Assembly: GCA_964016885.1 (NCBI GenBank)
Contig: OZ024742.1
Coordinates: 40,176,001 to 40,240,000 of the forward strand
Direction of reading: 5' to 3'
Length of the DNA stretch: 64,000 bases
Source of the DNA: Eledone cirrhosa
Taxonomy: Eukaryota
Part shown: positions 53,385-64,000 of the stretch, piece by piece
Position numbering within the stretch: the stretch's first letter is position 1
How the letters are laid out: every line of letters starts with the position of its first letter
Made by a program: the position numbers and the translations under genes
The notes under the pieces: model-generated
What the model was told of the DNA's origin: nothing
The model's database searches: none
Seen by the model: the letters and a program-made list of their open reading frames with translations, nothing else

Positions 53385-56112
53385 TGAATGTTCCTGAAGA
53401 TTCCCAATTAATATGAAAAGAGTAGATTGGTGGATGATAATTGAAACTACAAAAAAGATAAATGATGTCATACAACACATCCAGACAGAAAACATAACAC
53501 AAAAAAAGAAACCTCATCTAAGCTATTGCACTACTTATAGAGGAACAAATATGACTGATGAGGACTAAACAGAGTAAGGAAAAAGAACCATAGTGGAAAA
53601 GACACATTGAAAATGCCATAATGAGGTTAAGGCAAGATCTAAGTAAAATTGAGAAATGGCTCAGAGGAAAGTGGAAAAATGAGAAAAAGACTGATTGAGA
53701 AGTACTAGAGAAGACATATAAAATACAGAAGAGTGGATTCCATACAGTAATAGAACAGCTAAAACAAAATTCTCTCGAAAAGCCCGAAGATAAGGAGATA
53801 TATAAATAGAACTGAACAGTTCAAGGAGAATATATTGTTCCAGAATAATACAAAACAATTCTTCTGCCCTTTGGAAGAAAACAATGGGAATGGGAAAGAA
53901 GCAATCCCTAATGATAAAGCCAAGTTCTGGAATTGGATATGGGGAAACAGTATGAGACATCGAAAGGATGCCAAATGGATAGACACCATCAATACAGAAT
54001 TGTGAGGAGGAAATATACAAAAAGATATTCCCATAAGCACAGTTGATGTGAAGGATCAAGTAGCGAAGATACCAAACGGGAAAGCCCCTGGATCAGATTT
54101 GACCCAGGGATTTTGGTTGAAGAGATTCAGTGCAGTACATGAAAGACTGGCAACACAACTGAAGGATTGTGTCCAGAGAGGTATAGTCCCTACCTGGATG
54201 GTTACAGAGAAAATAATACTTGTGGTAAAAGATAGAAGGAGAATGCGATAGGAAACTACTGCCCTATAGCATGCCTAAACATAATATGGAAGGTTCTCAC
54301 TGGGATATTTGCAGGGAAGGTATATGCTTTTCTGTCACAGGAAAGAATACTACCATGAAAACAAAAAGAATGTAGGGAGAAGTCCCAGGGTACAAAGGAG
54401 CACCTTGTTATTGATAAGATAGTTTTGAGGCATTGTAAGAAATATTACACAATCATGAAGAAGGTATATAATATAGTGCCCCTTTCTTGGAATGGTGAAT
54501 GTCTGCGAATGTTTGGTATTGCTGACAACATTACAAAGTTTATGCTGAATAGCTGAATAGTAAGCCAGAATGGAAAACCAAGTTATACTTAAGCAACATC
54601 TTTCTGGAATAATTAGAAATTAAAAGAGATATCTTCCAAAGGGACTCATTCTCATTGTTACTTTTTCTTATAGCATTCACACTTGGAAAAATATAAATGG
54701 GCAACCAATCTGGAAAGCAAAGGCCATTCATAAACCACCTTCTTTTTATGGATGAGCTGAAGCTGTTTGAGACATCTGAAAACCAATAGACTCATTGGTT
54801 AAAACAGTCCAGATATGTAGCAATGACATCGATATGGAATTCAGGATTTCCAAATATTCGGTACCCAACATGAAAAGAGGGAAGAAACCAGCCTGTAGTA
54901 GATTATGACTGCCATTGGGAGGAACCATGGGTGAAGCAGAAGATAGAGGCTATAAATATTTGGGAATCTTAGAACTAATGATATTTTGCATGCAGAAATG
55001 AAAGAAAAAGTTAGAGAGATATATTAAAAAAGAATAAAAATGATTTTAAAATCCAACTTGAATGCTAGAAATCAGGTCACTGCAATGAATATCTGAGCAG
55101 TTGCCGTGGTTAGATAGAGTGCATCCATTCTCTGATGGATTGAAGAAGAAATATCAAAGTTGGACAGAAAGACAAGAAAGTTAATGACATTATATGGAGC
55201 TTTACACCCTAAAGCAAATATAAACAGATTGTAGATGAAGAGAAAGAATGGTGATAGAGGTCTCATCAGTGTGGATTATTATATAAGGAGTGAAAGGAGA
55301 ACGCTTGCAGAATATTTGGTAAACAGTGATAAAGAGTTGTTGTAATATGCAGCAGAAGATATGGGTATAAATGCAATAGAAATGATTGGAAAAGAAAAGT
55401 TCAACCAAAGAGTTGAAGAGAAAATGAAAGATCTTCTAGGAATGAGAATGCATGGTCAATTTGAAAGAAATACACAGGATGTCAATGATAAAACAACATC
55501 ATGGACATGACTTAAGCAAGGCAATCTGAAACATGCCATGGAAAGCCTTATAATTGCAGCACAAGTCCAAGCTCTCATTACCAATTCAGTGAAGTATAAC
55601 ATCAACAAAACTTCTGATACCCATAAACACAGACTCTGTGGAAAGAATGGGGAAAATATAACCCACTTGCACAAAAATAATACAAGCACCACCATGATGA
55701 AGTCTGTCTGTACTTTCATTGGCTGTCATGTCGTAAATACCAATAAGATTTAATAGAGAATTGGTATGAGTATGTGCCTTGTAAAGTAATGCAGGAAGAT
55801 GGAAAAGCAACAATATTCTGGGATTATGATTTCCAAACTGTTATAGTAATTCAGCATTACTGACTGGACAAGAAAGAAAATACTGTCAGATCATTGATAC
55901 AGTCATACCAAATGACACAAACTTTGCAAGTAAGGAGATTGAAAAAATCATCAAGTACGCTGAATTGAAAGTGGAGCTGGCAAGATTATTTGGAATGCAA
56001 GAGGATAATGTGGAAGTGATACCAATTGTGATCGAGGCATTAGAGTCAATCCCATCGAAACTTCTTAAAGTGACTGGTTAGTTATCATACAAAAGATGGC
56101 TGCACTATGTGG
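53385..56112 (+). mobile_element. Degenerate R4/Dong-clade non-LTR retrotransposon (RT plus RLE endonuclease)
   Basis: Remnants KAPGSDLTQGFWLK, PIACLNIIWKVLTG, GTKEHLVIDK, IFQRDS, INHLLFMDELKLF, YKYLGILE, LHPKANINRL, ESLIIAAQ, RLCGKNGENITHL, ILWDYDFQT, KIIKYAELKVEL and VIPIVIEAL. Confidence 0.88.
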
Positions 56113-56850
56113 TACACACACACACACACGCACACACACACACACACACATAAACAACAGCAACAACAACAACAACAACAACAACAGTAGCAGCAACAAG
56201 AACAACAACAACAACAGATGTAGATAATTGAATATGGACAATTAAATATAGAATAATTAGATATGGATACTTAAATATAGAATAATTATAAATTAAAGAT
56301 AGTTGATTAAATATAAGTGAAATAAAGTTGATTAAATCATCAACATCATTTTAAGTCTGGCATAGGCTGGATTGATTGTGAGTCAATTCTTATTTGGAGT
56401 TATTGCTCTCCATCATGAGTCGGAGGACCACAACTTACTCCTACATTCCTTTTTGGCATGTCTTATACAGCTGGATGCCCTCCTTGACACCAACTACTTT
56501 ACATCAGTTAATGTTATTTGATATCGATTAACTTCAGATTATTAAATACAGAAAAAATACCCCCAAAAAGCAAAGGGTCAAGAAGTTATGTCAAACACAT
56601 GACAACCACCTAGCGCTGGTACCATGATAAAATTCATCCACTATACTCTGTATGTTCCATGAACATATGTGAGATGTACCCCTCCCCATGCACCTCTATC
56701 CTGCCTGAGAAGTCAGTGGCTCCAATTAAGTGCTGATGGGGTCTGTGATGATGCATCCAACCCTTGCTAGCAGGGAAATAGAATGTTAAATGAGGATCAT
56801 GATGTTGATGATTAAAAGTTTTAGATATAGACTAAATTTATATTAAAAAT

Positions 56851-57584
56851 CATGTCCAGTTGTTTGAGCAAAGTTAAAATTATTTGCATTTTGAACAGTG
56901 CCTATTAAGCAATGTCAGTTTGAGCGAACCTCAAACTGTTTTTTTAAAGATGCTTTGAGCGAAGTTGATAAAAATAAAAATATACTAGAAATCTACAATT
57001 TTTTTTGTACAAATGATTACACCTTCACAACAGGTAACTAAAATATTATTAAAAAATCAACACATTTTATGGTAGAAAGAACTAAAAATTTACAACGTTT
57101 AAAATCGAAAAAATTAATTCTAGAAAGAATAAAAATTCAAAAAGTAATGTAGGCAGGATGTCTAAGATAATCCGTAATTTCTAAATCTTCTCTTGATTGA
57201 ACGATGCTGTTAATTCTTCTTTCTAAATTCACATATTTCTTCTTCTTTTGTGCAGGTTCTCCTGAACAAATTCCAAAATATTTCGTCCTTTGTAGGCTCT
57301 CTTCCCTTGTTAAGAGCCAAACTGTCAGGTGACTGCAAGATAGACTGCCTTGGAAAGCAGTGTGCCATCCTTCTATGGCATTATCTGTTCGCAGGAGATC
57401 CATCTGAAGCCTGCTAAAAACATTCCACAATGATATTGGAAATTTAGGGTTTCTTCTACGATAGTATATATTTCGTTTAAAATTAATCTTCACTAAAATT
57501 ACCGTTCGCTCTTAATGTTTTTCTCAAAATGACTGATAATAATTAACTTCTCTCAAAATGACTTCACTCAAAATGAATGGAACC
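56851..57584 (-). mobile_element. Internally deleted MULE/Mutator element with 9-bp TSD
   Basis: ORF 57137-57493 has FPISLWNV..RTDNAIEGWH..F, typical of the MULE transposase C-terminus; ATTAAAAAT at 56842-56850 and 57585-57593; subterminal tttgag repeats at both ends. Confidence 0.85.
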
Positions 57585-57744
57585 ATTAAAAATACACGAT
57601 TAAATAGATCATCAAATTTAGAATAAACATTTATTAAAATATAGATTCAATATATATTAAATATAGATTAAATATAGATTAAATATAGATTAAATATAGA
57701 TGATATAGATGCTGGCATGGCTGTAGGTTTAAGAATTAACCCAG

Positions 57745-58160
57745 AGTTTACCAATCTTGTGGAAACTCCTAACAGGGATAATGGCAGAAGAGATATACAA
57801 AGATCTACACAAGAAGTACTTGATGAGGAATGGAACCCTATTACTGATTGGCAGGATGGTCTTGAGAAGTTGCAAAAAGAGAATAACAAGTCTGAACATC
57901 ACAGAGGTAAGTTATAAAAAGACATTTGACTTAGTTTTGTACTCATGGATCAAAGACCATCTAAAAACTGTACAATAAAATGTTAGATTTCAGTTACTAA
58001 ATACAACGGGGAATTGGAGAGTAGAACTATCATCAAGAAAGGAATGATTAGCAGATGTGCAGATGTGCAGATTAGAAGAGAAATCTTTCATGAAAACATC
58101 CTCTCTCCTTTCTTGTTCACATTAATCCTATTCCCTTTGTTGATTACTTTAGAAAAAGCT
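57745..58160 (+). mobile_element. R4-type RT fragment
   Basis: LWKLLTGIMAEEIY..YKKTFDLVLYSWI..IRREIFHENILSPFLF. Confidence 0.7.
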
Positions 58161-58529
58161 TAGGAAATAGGTTCACCAGGCAAAGAATAGTGGAGAAGTG
58201 AATTGACTCTGTGATTTACTCATGTTTTAATGACTCCATTTTTACCCAGGTTTGGTTCTTGTTTTGTTAATATTATATATTTGTTTTGTTTATTCCTCAA
58301 GCCTTGTTAGATTTAGCACTGATTTATACCATTGAAGTTAACACTATCTTGTCAAGAATTATGCAAAACTGTATCTGATAGGATACATGGGATGTTCTGT
58401 GTACCATTTTTATTATTTTATTTTTTCCATTCATTTACTGTATCTATGCCAAATTTCTCCTTTTCATTAACTCCATTTCTTTATTCCTTTTAATATCACC
58501 GTGCTGTTTTCTCATTCTATTTGCTTTCA

Positions 58530-58558
58530 TTACACTTTATTCCATTTATAATGAATTT
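58530..58558 (-). CDS. Possible terminal coding exon of the SLC35F6-like gene
   Basis: Acceptor ttctgcag|AA; splicing from 58995 would give ..IQ-EIHYKWNKV*; AATAAA motifs about 110 nt downstream. Confidence 0.3.
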
Positions 58559-58994
58559 CTGCAGAATGTGATTGAAATCAAAACCACATGTTGTTGCAAA
58601 AGAAACTTTTAAACTACCTGGTTATGTGTAGACACCCATATAGTTAATGATACTATACTTATAGAGATCTCACAATTATTATAGGAAAATCCTAGTTTCA
58701 CCTATTGGAGTCCTCCTCCTCATCAAGATCATCATTGTCTTCATACATCTGTTTTCCATGCTTGCATGGGTTGAACAGGTTGTCACAGTCAGAGTGACAA
58801 TATCTTGCTCATACATTCTATTTTGGGCATGATGTCTACAGTTGGAGGCCCATCCAAACATTAACCACTTTACATAGTGTCTGGGATGAATTTTATCATG
58901 GCACCAGCACCATCACTTATAGAGTGTATTATAAGCATATAGACTATAACAGCCAAAAGATTATATAATAGAATAAAGGCCCTAAATATCTCAC

Positions 58995-59306
58995 CTTGAA
59001 TGCAACCATTTCCATCTTGTTCAACTGGTATCAGTAATTCATCGGTTCCTCTTGGATTGCATAGTGTGATGTTGCAGCGACAGAATGCTCGCAGGAAGAT
59101 GAAGCCATAGAAACTGCTAAAGCCAACGAGAATGAGAACCAAGCCTAAAGGTGTGTACCAAAGTTCATATCTCCAGTGTGCTGGTACCATAGCAATCCAA
59201 ACAAATACTACACAGAGGCATTCAAATATCATACGTGTGGTGGCATTCCAGTGTTTTGTTAGTGTCACTCCTGCAAATCGAAACGCTGAAAAACTGATCA
59301 TTGTCC
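58995..59306 (-). CDS. SLC35F6: Internal exon of an SLC35F6-like (drug/metabolite or nucleotide-sugar transporter family) membrane protein
   Basis: TMISFSAFRFAGVTLTKHWNATTRMIFECLCVVFVWI..W..LGLVLILVGFSSFYG aligns by eye with SLC35F6 ISSIAFFNFAGISVTKELSATTRMVLDSLRTVVIWA..W..LGFLILLIGTALYNG (recalled, not searched). Acceptor ttctctctttaaacag and donor caag|gtgag; 312 nt, phase 1/1. Confidence 0.8.
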
Positions 59307-59361
59307 CTGTTTAAAGAGAGAAGAAAATTATAAAAAATTAAATATTTAAAAAAAATATTAA

Positions 59362-59735
59362 TCAATGTGCGTGAACGACCAAGCATAGATGAGTTGAGAG
59401 AGAAACTGTGTACAAGAGGGATAAGTTGTGGTGTACAGGAGAGAAGGCTGAGATGGTATGGACATGTGATGCACATGGAGGATGACTGCTGGGTAAAGAA
59501 GTGCCAAGAAATCCCAGTAGAAGGAAGATGCAGTAGAGGTAGACCATAAAAAACATGGGCGGAGGTGGTGAGTGCGGACCTCAGATCGCTGAAGCTCACA
59601 GAGGAGATGACAAAGGACCCTGACAAGTGGAGAGATGCTGTGCTGAATAGGACCCGTCCCACTCCCTTGCAAGCAGGGAAAAGCGGACATAAAATGATGA
59701 TGATAATGATGATGATGATGATGATGATGATGATA
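59362..59735 (+). mobile_element. RTE LINE 3' end with (GAT)n tail, in an intron
   Basis: VQERRLRWYGHVMHM..RGRP..DKWR; gaaaagcggacataaaatgatgatg. Confidence 0.9.
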
Positions 59736-61595
59736 GAGATTGTTAATTGGTTTACAAATAAACGATGGATGTAGTATAAGAAAATTGAAAAAAAAATGAA
59801 ATTTACAATTCCCACATATACAGGTTTATTTGGTCTTTTATGTGACTGGATTGAAATAGCAACCAGGATCTTAACTATTTCTGTATCTTACCAATAGGCC
59901 AGAAGGCATGTGGCCTAGTGGTTAAGGTGTTGGAGTTGTCATCATAATGTTGAGAGTTCAATCTCTGAGAGTTGCAAGTTGTGTTATTGTGAAAAACGCT
60001 TCATTTCATGTTGCTCCACTCTACTCAGTTAAAAATGAGTATTGGCTGTTGCTGGAAAGTTAACACTGTGATGGACTGGCGTTGTGTCCAGCAGGGAGTC
60101 TTGCACTCTCAGTCAATTAATTTCAATGAAAACTGGTATAAGCACCAGTCTGATGAGCCTCCAGGCTTGGGAAAGATTTTATCTTTTATATTTTAAAGTA
60201 TTTATATTTATCTAAAAGCCTTCCATCATAAATCTATATTAAAACGTGTGTTAAATTATTTCCCAAACACCAACTAAATACAGAGCAATTTCACTATTTT
60301 ATTAAGTCCCTCCAAATTCAAAATTACTTGAAAATCATAGACACTGTCATTCATTAGAAATATGGAAACAAAAGAGTTGAGATAGAAGAACATGATGTGA
60401 GGGAGCTGTTATTGTTTGCTATTTGTCGCAAGTCAAGTGATTGTGTAACGATACAAGTCTGTTTATTAGCCTATTGCAGCTTAACCTAAATTTTAGATAT
60501 TTTAACATGCTTATTTTTATCTAAATCTTTTCCATGATAATTTTATGTAAAAAGCTTTGTTGATTTATTTTCCAAACACCTGGTTAATAATGAGAAAGTT
60601 TAGTTATATTACTAAATCCCTCCAAATTCTTGATTATTTACAAATTTATCTGAATATCATAGGCAATGTTTTTCATTAGATATATGGTAATGAAATGATC
60701 AATCATTCTATTATGTTTACAGTAACCCCATGACAATCAGAGATCTGTCAATGTGCAAGTTCATAGGAATTTAATGAGTGTCAGAGGATTAAAATATCAC
60801 AGAATATTTATTATTCAATTTTAATTTTAATATGTTAACGCAAGCTACATAACATTAAGAGATCCGTGCATGTTCAACTTGTTAAAATTTGAAGAAGTGT
60901 CAGGAAATGCCAGTGGAAGGAAGTTGCAGTAGAGGAAGACTAAGGAAAATCAGAAGGCATGTATATCCTCCAAATAACTACACAGAAACATGCATTTGAT
61001 GGGCTTATATACTCATTCATTATTCTGAAATGGACGTTTTAATTTGCCTATAATCATTGCTTAGCAAACTTCTTAATATATAACCCAAAGCAAGACAACC
61101 CCACTCAATCCAGGACAGGTGAAATTATCAAGAGCAAAAGAGAGCAGATGGAGACATCTATATTAATGCTATAGACACGACTCCAGCCTGATATGTTCCT
61201 CAGACTTGTTAATCAAGCAAAGCCACAATTATACATATATATATATATGGAGGCACATGGCTTAGTGGTTAGAGTATTGGCCTTGCAATCGAAAGGTTGT
61301 GAGTTCAATTCTCAGACCAGGTGATGTGTTGTTTCCTTGAGCAAGACACTTTATTTCACATTGCTCCAGTTTACTCAGCTGTAGAAATGAGATGATAGGG
61401 ACTGGGGTCCCTATCATTCCACTGCAAAGTGGACGTGTAAGCGCCACGGAAAAATAGCGCCCAGCACTCACTGTAAATGAGGTCGGTGTTAGGAAGGGCA
61501 TCCAGCTGTAGAAATCAAGCCAGAATCAGTTCCCGTCCCACCCTTGCAAGAAAGGATAAAAGCGGACGTAAAATGAAATGATATATATATATATA

Positions 61596-61789
61596 ACAAA
61601 GGAAGTGTGGTAAGGAGCCAGATTGACCATAATGCACCAGAGTACTCAATACTTAGGGTAGTAGAGTGGGTAATAGGAAAATGTTTAACCCCAATGGCAG
61701 AGCTCAAGCTGTTTCGACGGCTATTTCTGGACGAGTCCAGAAATAGCCGTCGAAACGGCTTGAGCTCTGCCGACGGGGTTAAACATTTT

Positions 61790-61794
<5 letters not shown>
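61596..61794. mobile_element. TA-embedded fold-back element (hairpin about 61672-61794)
   Basis: About 60-bp arms around ggac-ga-gtcc, plus a 75-nt extension shared with 26495-26570. Confidence 0.8.
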
Positions 61795-61825
<31 letters not shown>

Positions 61826-61826
<1 letters not shown>

Positions 61827-62102
61827 TTACGGTAAACATAGATGCAATTCAATTCAAGCACTGAACGTATTTTTTCCACATAGGGAAAACGGAGTATATT
61901 TAGAATAAGAAAATGTGAAGTAGTTTCAGATGTTAAAGTCCTTTATTGATAATGCTGTGATACATAACTGTATTATGTAAGAAGCTGTCTGATGATGTCA
62001 TGGCACTGGGTACACAGAATCATGTGGCCACTGTCATTGAAATATGTATCACAGCATTATCAATAAAGGACTTTAACATCTGACACTACTTCGCATTTTC
62101 TT

Positions 62103-62108
<6 letters not shown>
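61826..62108. mobile_element. TA-embedded fold-back PLE-type terminus (arms 61900-61966 and 62043-62108)
   Basis: About 66-bp inverted repeat; loop plus right arm form a hammerhead. Confidence 0.8.
61984..62055 (+). ncRNA. Type I hammerhead ribozyme motif
   Basis: GCUGU-CUGAUGA-(imperfect stem II including uggc/gcca)-GAAA-U augu A-UC-ACAGC; perfect stem I; AUC triplet. Confidence 0.75.
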
Positions 62109-62153
<45 letters not shown>

Positions 62154-62295
62154 AAGAGTTAAACAAGATTCAATGAGTATATCAAAGAATGAGTTTTACA
62201 GTAGATTGGAAGTACTCTACGGTAAAATAATTTTCCGGAGTTATTAATATTAGAATATAAATATTAATAAAATAGATGTTCTTTTGATCAATTAC

Positions 62296-62348
62296 ATTTT
62301 ATTATACATATTTCAGATGTACAACAGTACGTCCTCATCAGACAAAAT
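62296..62348 (-). ncRNA. Type I hammerhead ribozyme motif
   Basis: AUUUUGU-CUGAUGA-GGAcGUAC uguu GUACaUCU-GAAA-U augu A-UA-AUAAAAU. Confidence 0.85.
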
Positions 62349-63754
62349 ATAATGATATATGACATACGCTGAGATGTTAAATGGTTAAGATTTAATCAAG
62401 GTAGTGATTAACCTAAGAGAAAATTTAACATTTATACCCTAATAATGAGAAAATGCGAAAATGTAATAAATTCAATAGAGAATGTGTGAGTAAGAAAAAC
62501 GTTGCTTAATGTACCAGTTATCTAGATTTTAATATGTATGATACTACAATTCATCTAGGAAAGCATTTCATGAATTATAAAAGTCAGTGAGAGAAGTGGG
62601 GTAATGTATGCAGAAGTAGATTTTTTTTCCGAAAGTTAAATGGTTAAGTTTGAAAATATTTAATTTATTTTATCTTAGGGTGAAGAATCAATATTTTAGT
62701 TTTTTTTTTGGTTTTTGTTTTTTTAAATTGGTGGTTATTTATATATTAGTTTTGTAAATTTTATAAGTGTGTTAACATTTCTAAGCTTCTGAATTTTTTG
62801 ATAAGATTAAAAGGGTTTAGCTGGCCATTATTAAGGAAAGTTTACACTGTTGAATATTTTCCTAAATGTAATCTTTAATGAAGTTAGTCATTGTCAATGC
62901 ATTAGGTATGTAAAGCTTTTGAAGTACTTATTGTTATACAAATTTAAATAACGGTTATGTATATAGATATATATTAATTAATTAATGAGCCAGTATATTT
63001 TAGGTAAATGATAATGAAAATAAAATTAAAATAAAATAATAGATTGAGGCATGTTAAACTAAATATATACCCATATATAACCGTGTGTACATGTATTAAT
63101 TATTCCTAGCTCAAAGTAAAAACAATCAAAAAATTTAGAAGTTAACTGAAAATTATGTATATAAAGATACTTGGGAGTTATATATGGATATATCCTATAT
63201 TATATATTAGTGATACAGTATACTTTAGGTAAATGATAACGGTTATAATTTTATATAATAAAGTTCTACGTGTTAAAGTTAAATACATATATATATATAA
63301 GAAAAACAATAATAAATGCATGGATAATTCATAGTTCGAAATAATGTTTATAATAATTTGTAATTTGGATATTTGTTCTATATTTGAATCATGGATATAA
63401 GAATGCGGTAGGTATATTTAAAAACATAGAAAATATAATTACATACATATTATAAATAAGAGATCAGAAACGCGTGAAAAATTCACAGGTATAAATAAGT
63501 TCAGTAAAGATGTAAAGGTTGGATATAAAACTCAGATTTAAAACTTAAGTAGGAAGATAAGGATAGAGAAATAAAGAAATAATGGTATGGATCAAAATCA
63601 ACAGAATAATGTTATGTGTATCAATGTTCCGGCATGTTATTGAACAAGTATCTTTCATTCGAGCGTTATTTCTTCTATAGATAGTGCAATATTAAAGACC
63701 ACTAAAGTTTTTCCCTGTTGATTTTATACATCTGACAACCAAGTTTTTAATGGT

Positions 63755-64000
63755 TTAATGTTTCTCTCTCTTTTTTCTCGTTTTGTGGGAGGCTAAGAAT
63801 GTCGACGTAGCTTTGTGGAGGCAACTAGAGAATAATTCACTTTTTTTGTTAATTAGGGTCTCGTAGTTATTAATAATCAACAGGGTCTCCATTGTACAGA
63901 GTGCGCAGTTATTTGATATACTAGAGTTGTGGTAAACTCCACAGTTCCGAAGTTTTGTCCAAAGAATGGAGTATTTTAAATTCTTCTCTTTTAATGACCA
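63755..64000 (-). CDS. C-terminus of a PLE GIY-YIG protein (partial)
   Basis: WSLKEKNLKYSILWTKLRNCGVY..CALCTMETLLII..LINKKSELFSSCLHK..* matches the W.LK..I.W..Y..C.LC..E..I..NK.SEL.S.C.H pattern. Absent from the ORF track. Confidence 0.85.
   Translation of the reverse strand, partial: WSLKEKNLKYSILWTKLRNCGVYHNSSISNNCALCTMETLLIINNYETLINKKSELFSSCLHKATSTFLASHKTRKKREKH

Larger units (their letters stand above)
62151..64000 (-). mobile_element. 3' part of a Penelope-like element running off the window
   Basis: ORF end at 63755, long AT-rich 3' region, hammerhead at 62296-62348, terminus at a (TA)n tract. Confidence 0.8.

Noticed and set aside
59880-59905. Upstream SLC35F6 exon donor (attg|gtaaga on the minus strand)
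   Set aside because: The would-be exon runs straight into a SINE and shows no transporter-like translation.
60125-60180. CTGATGA-gcc..ggc hammerhead-like word
   Set aside because: GAAA does not follow the hairpin directly and there is no stem III; it is the tail of a tRNA-SINE.
61715-61770. Hammerhead in the 61672-61794 hairpin
   Set aside because: cgaaac is present but there is no CUGANGA and no matching stem III/UH site.

Overview
AT-rich, microsatellite-dense eukaryotic DNA dominated by transposable elements. The repeat landscape (tRNA-derived SINEs, RTE LINE fragments, long (TA)n/(CA)n/(ATT)n tracts) resembles an octopus/cephalopod-type mollusc genome; this is inference. The only host coding sequence I can support is one internal exon of a minus-strand SLC35F6-like transporter (58995-59306), plus two weak exon candidates. 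Other content: Penelope-like retroelement (PLE) pieces, RTE and R4/Dong-type LINE relics, a MULE with a 9-bp TSD, a hAT element carrying a 30-bp minisatellite, piggyBac-type MITEs, a Helitron helicase relic and a U2 snRNA retrocopy. The most striking signal is a set of mostly sequence-unrelated fold-back elements sitting in or beside (TA)n tracts. They share one architecture: a 3'-terminal segment plus an inverted partial copy that ends at a TA microhomology. Seven recognisable type I hammerhead ribozyme folds occur in these elements and in other PLE termini, most with a minimal palindromic stem III. Coordinates of degenerate repeats are approximate, and all folds and alignments were done by eye.
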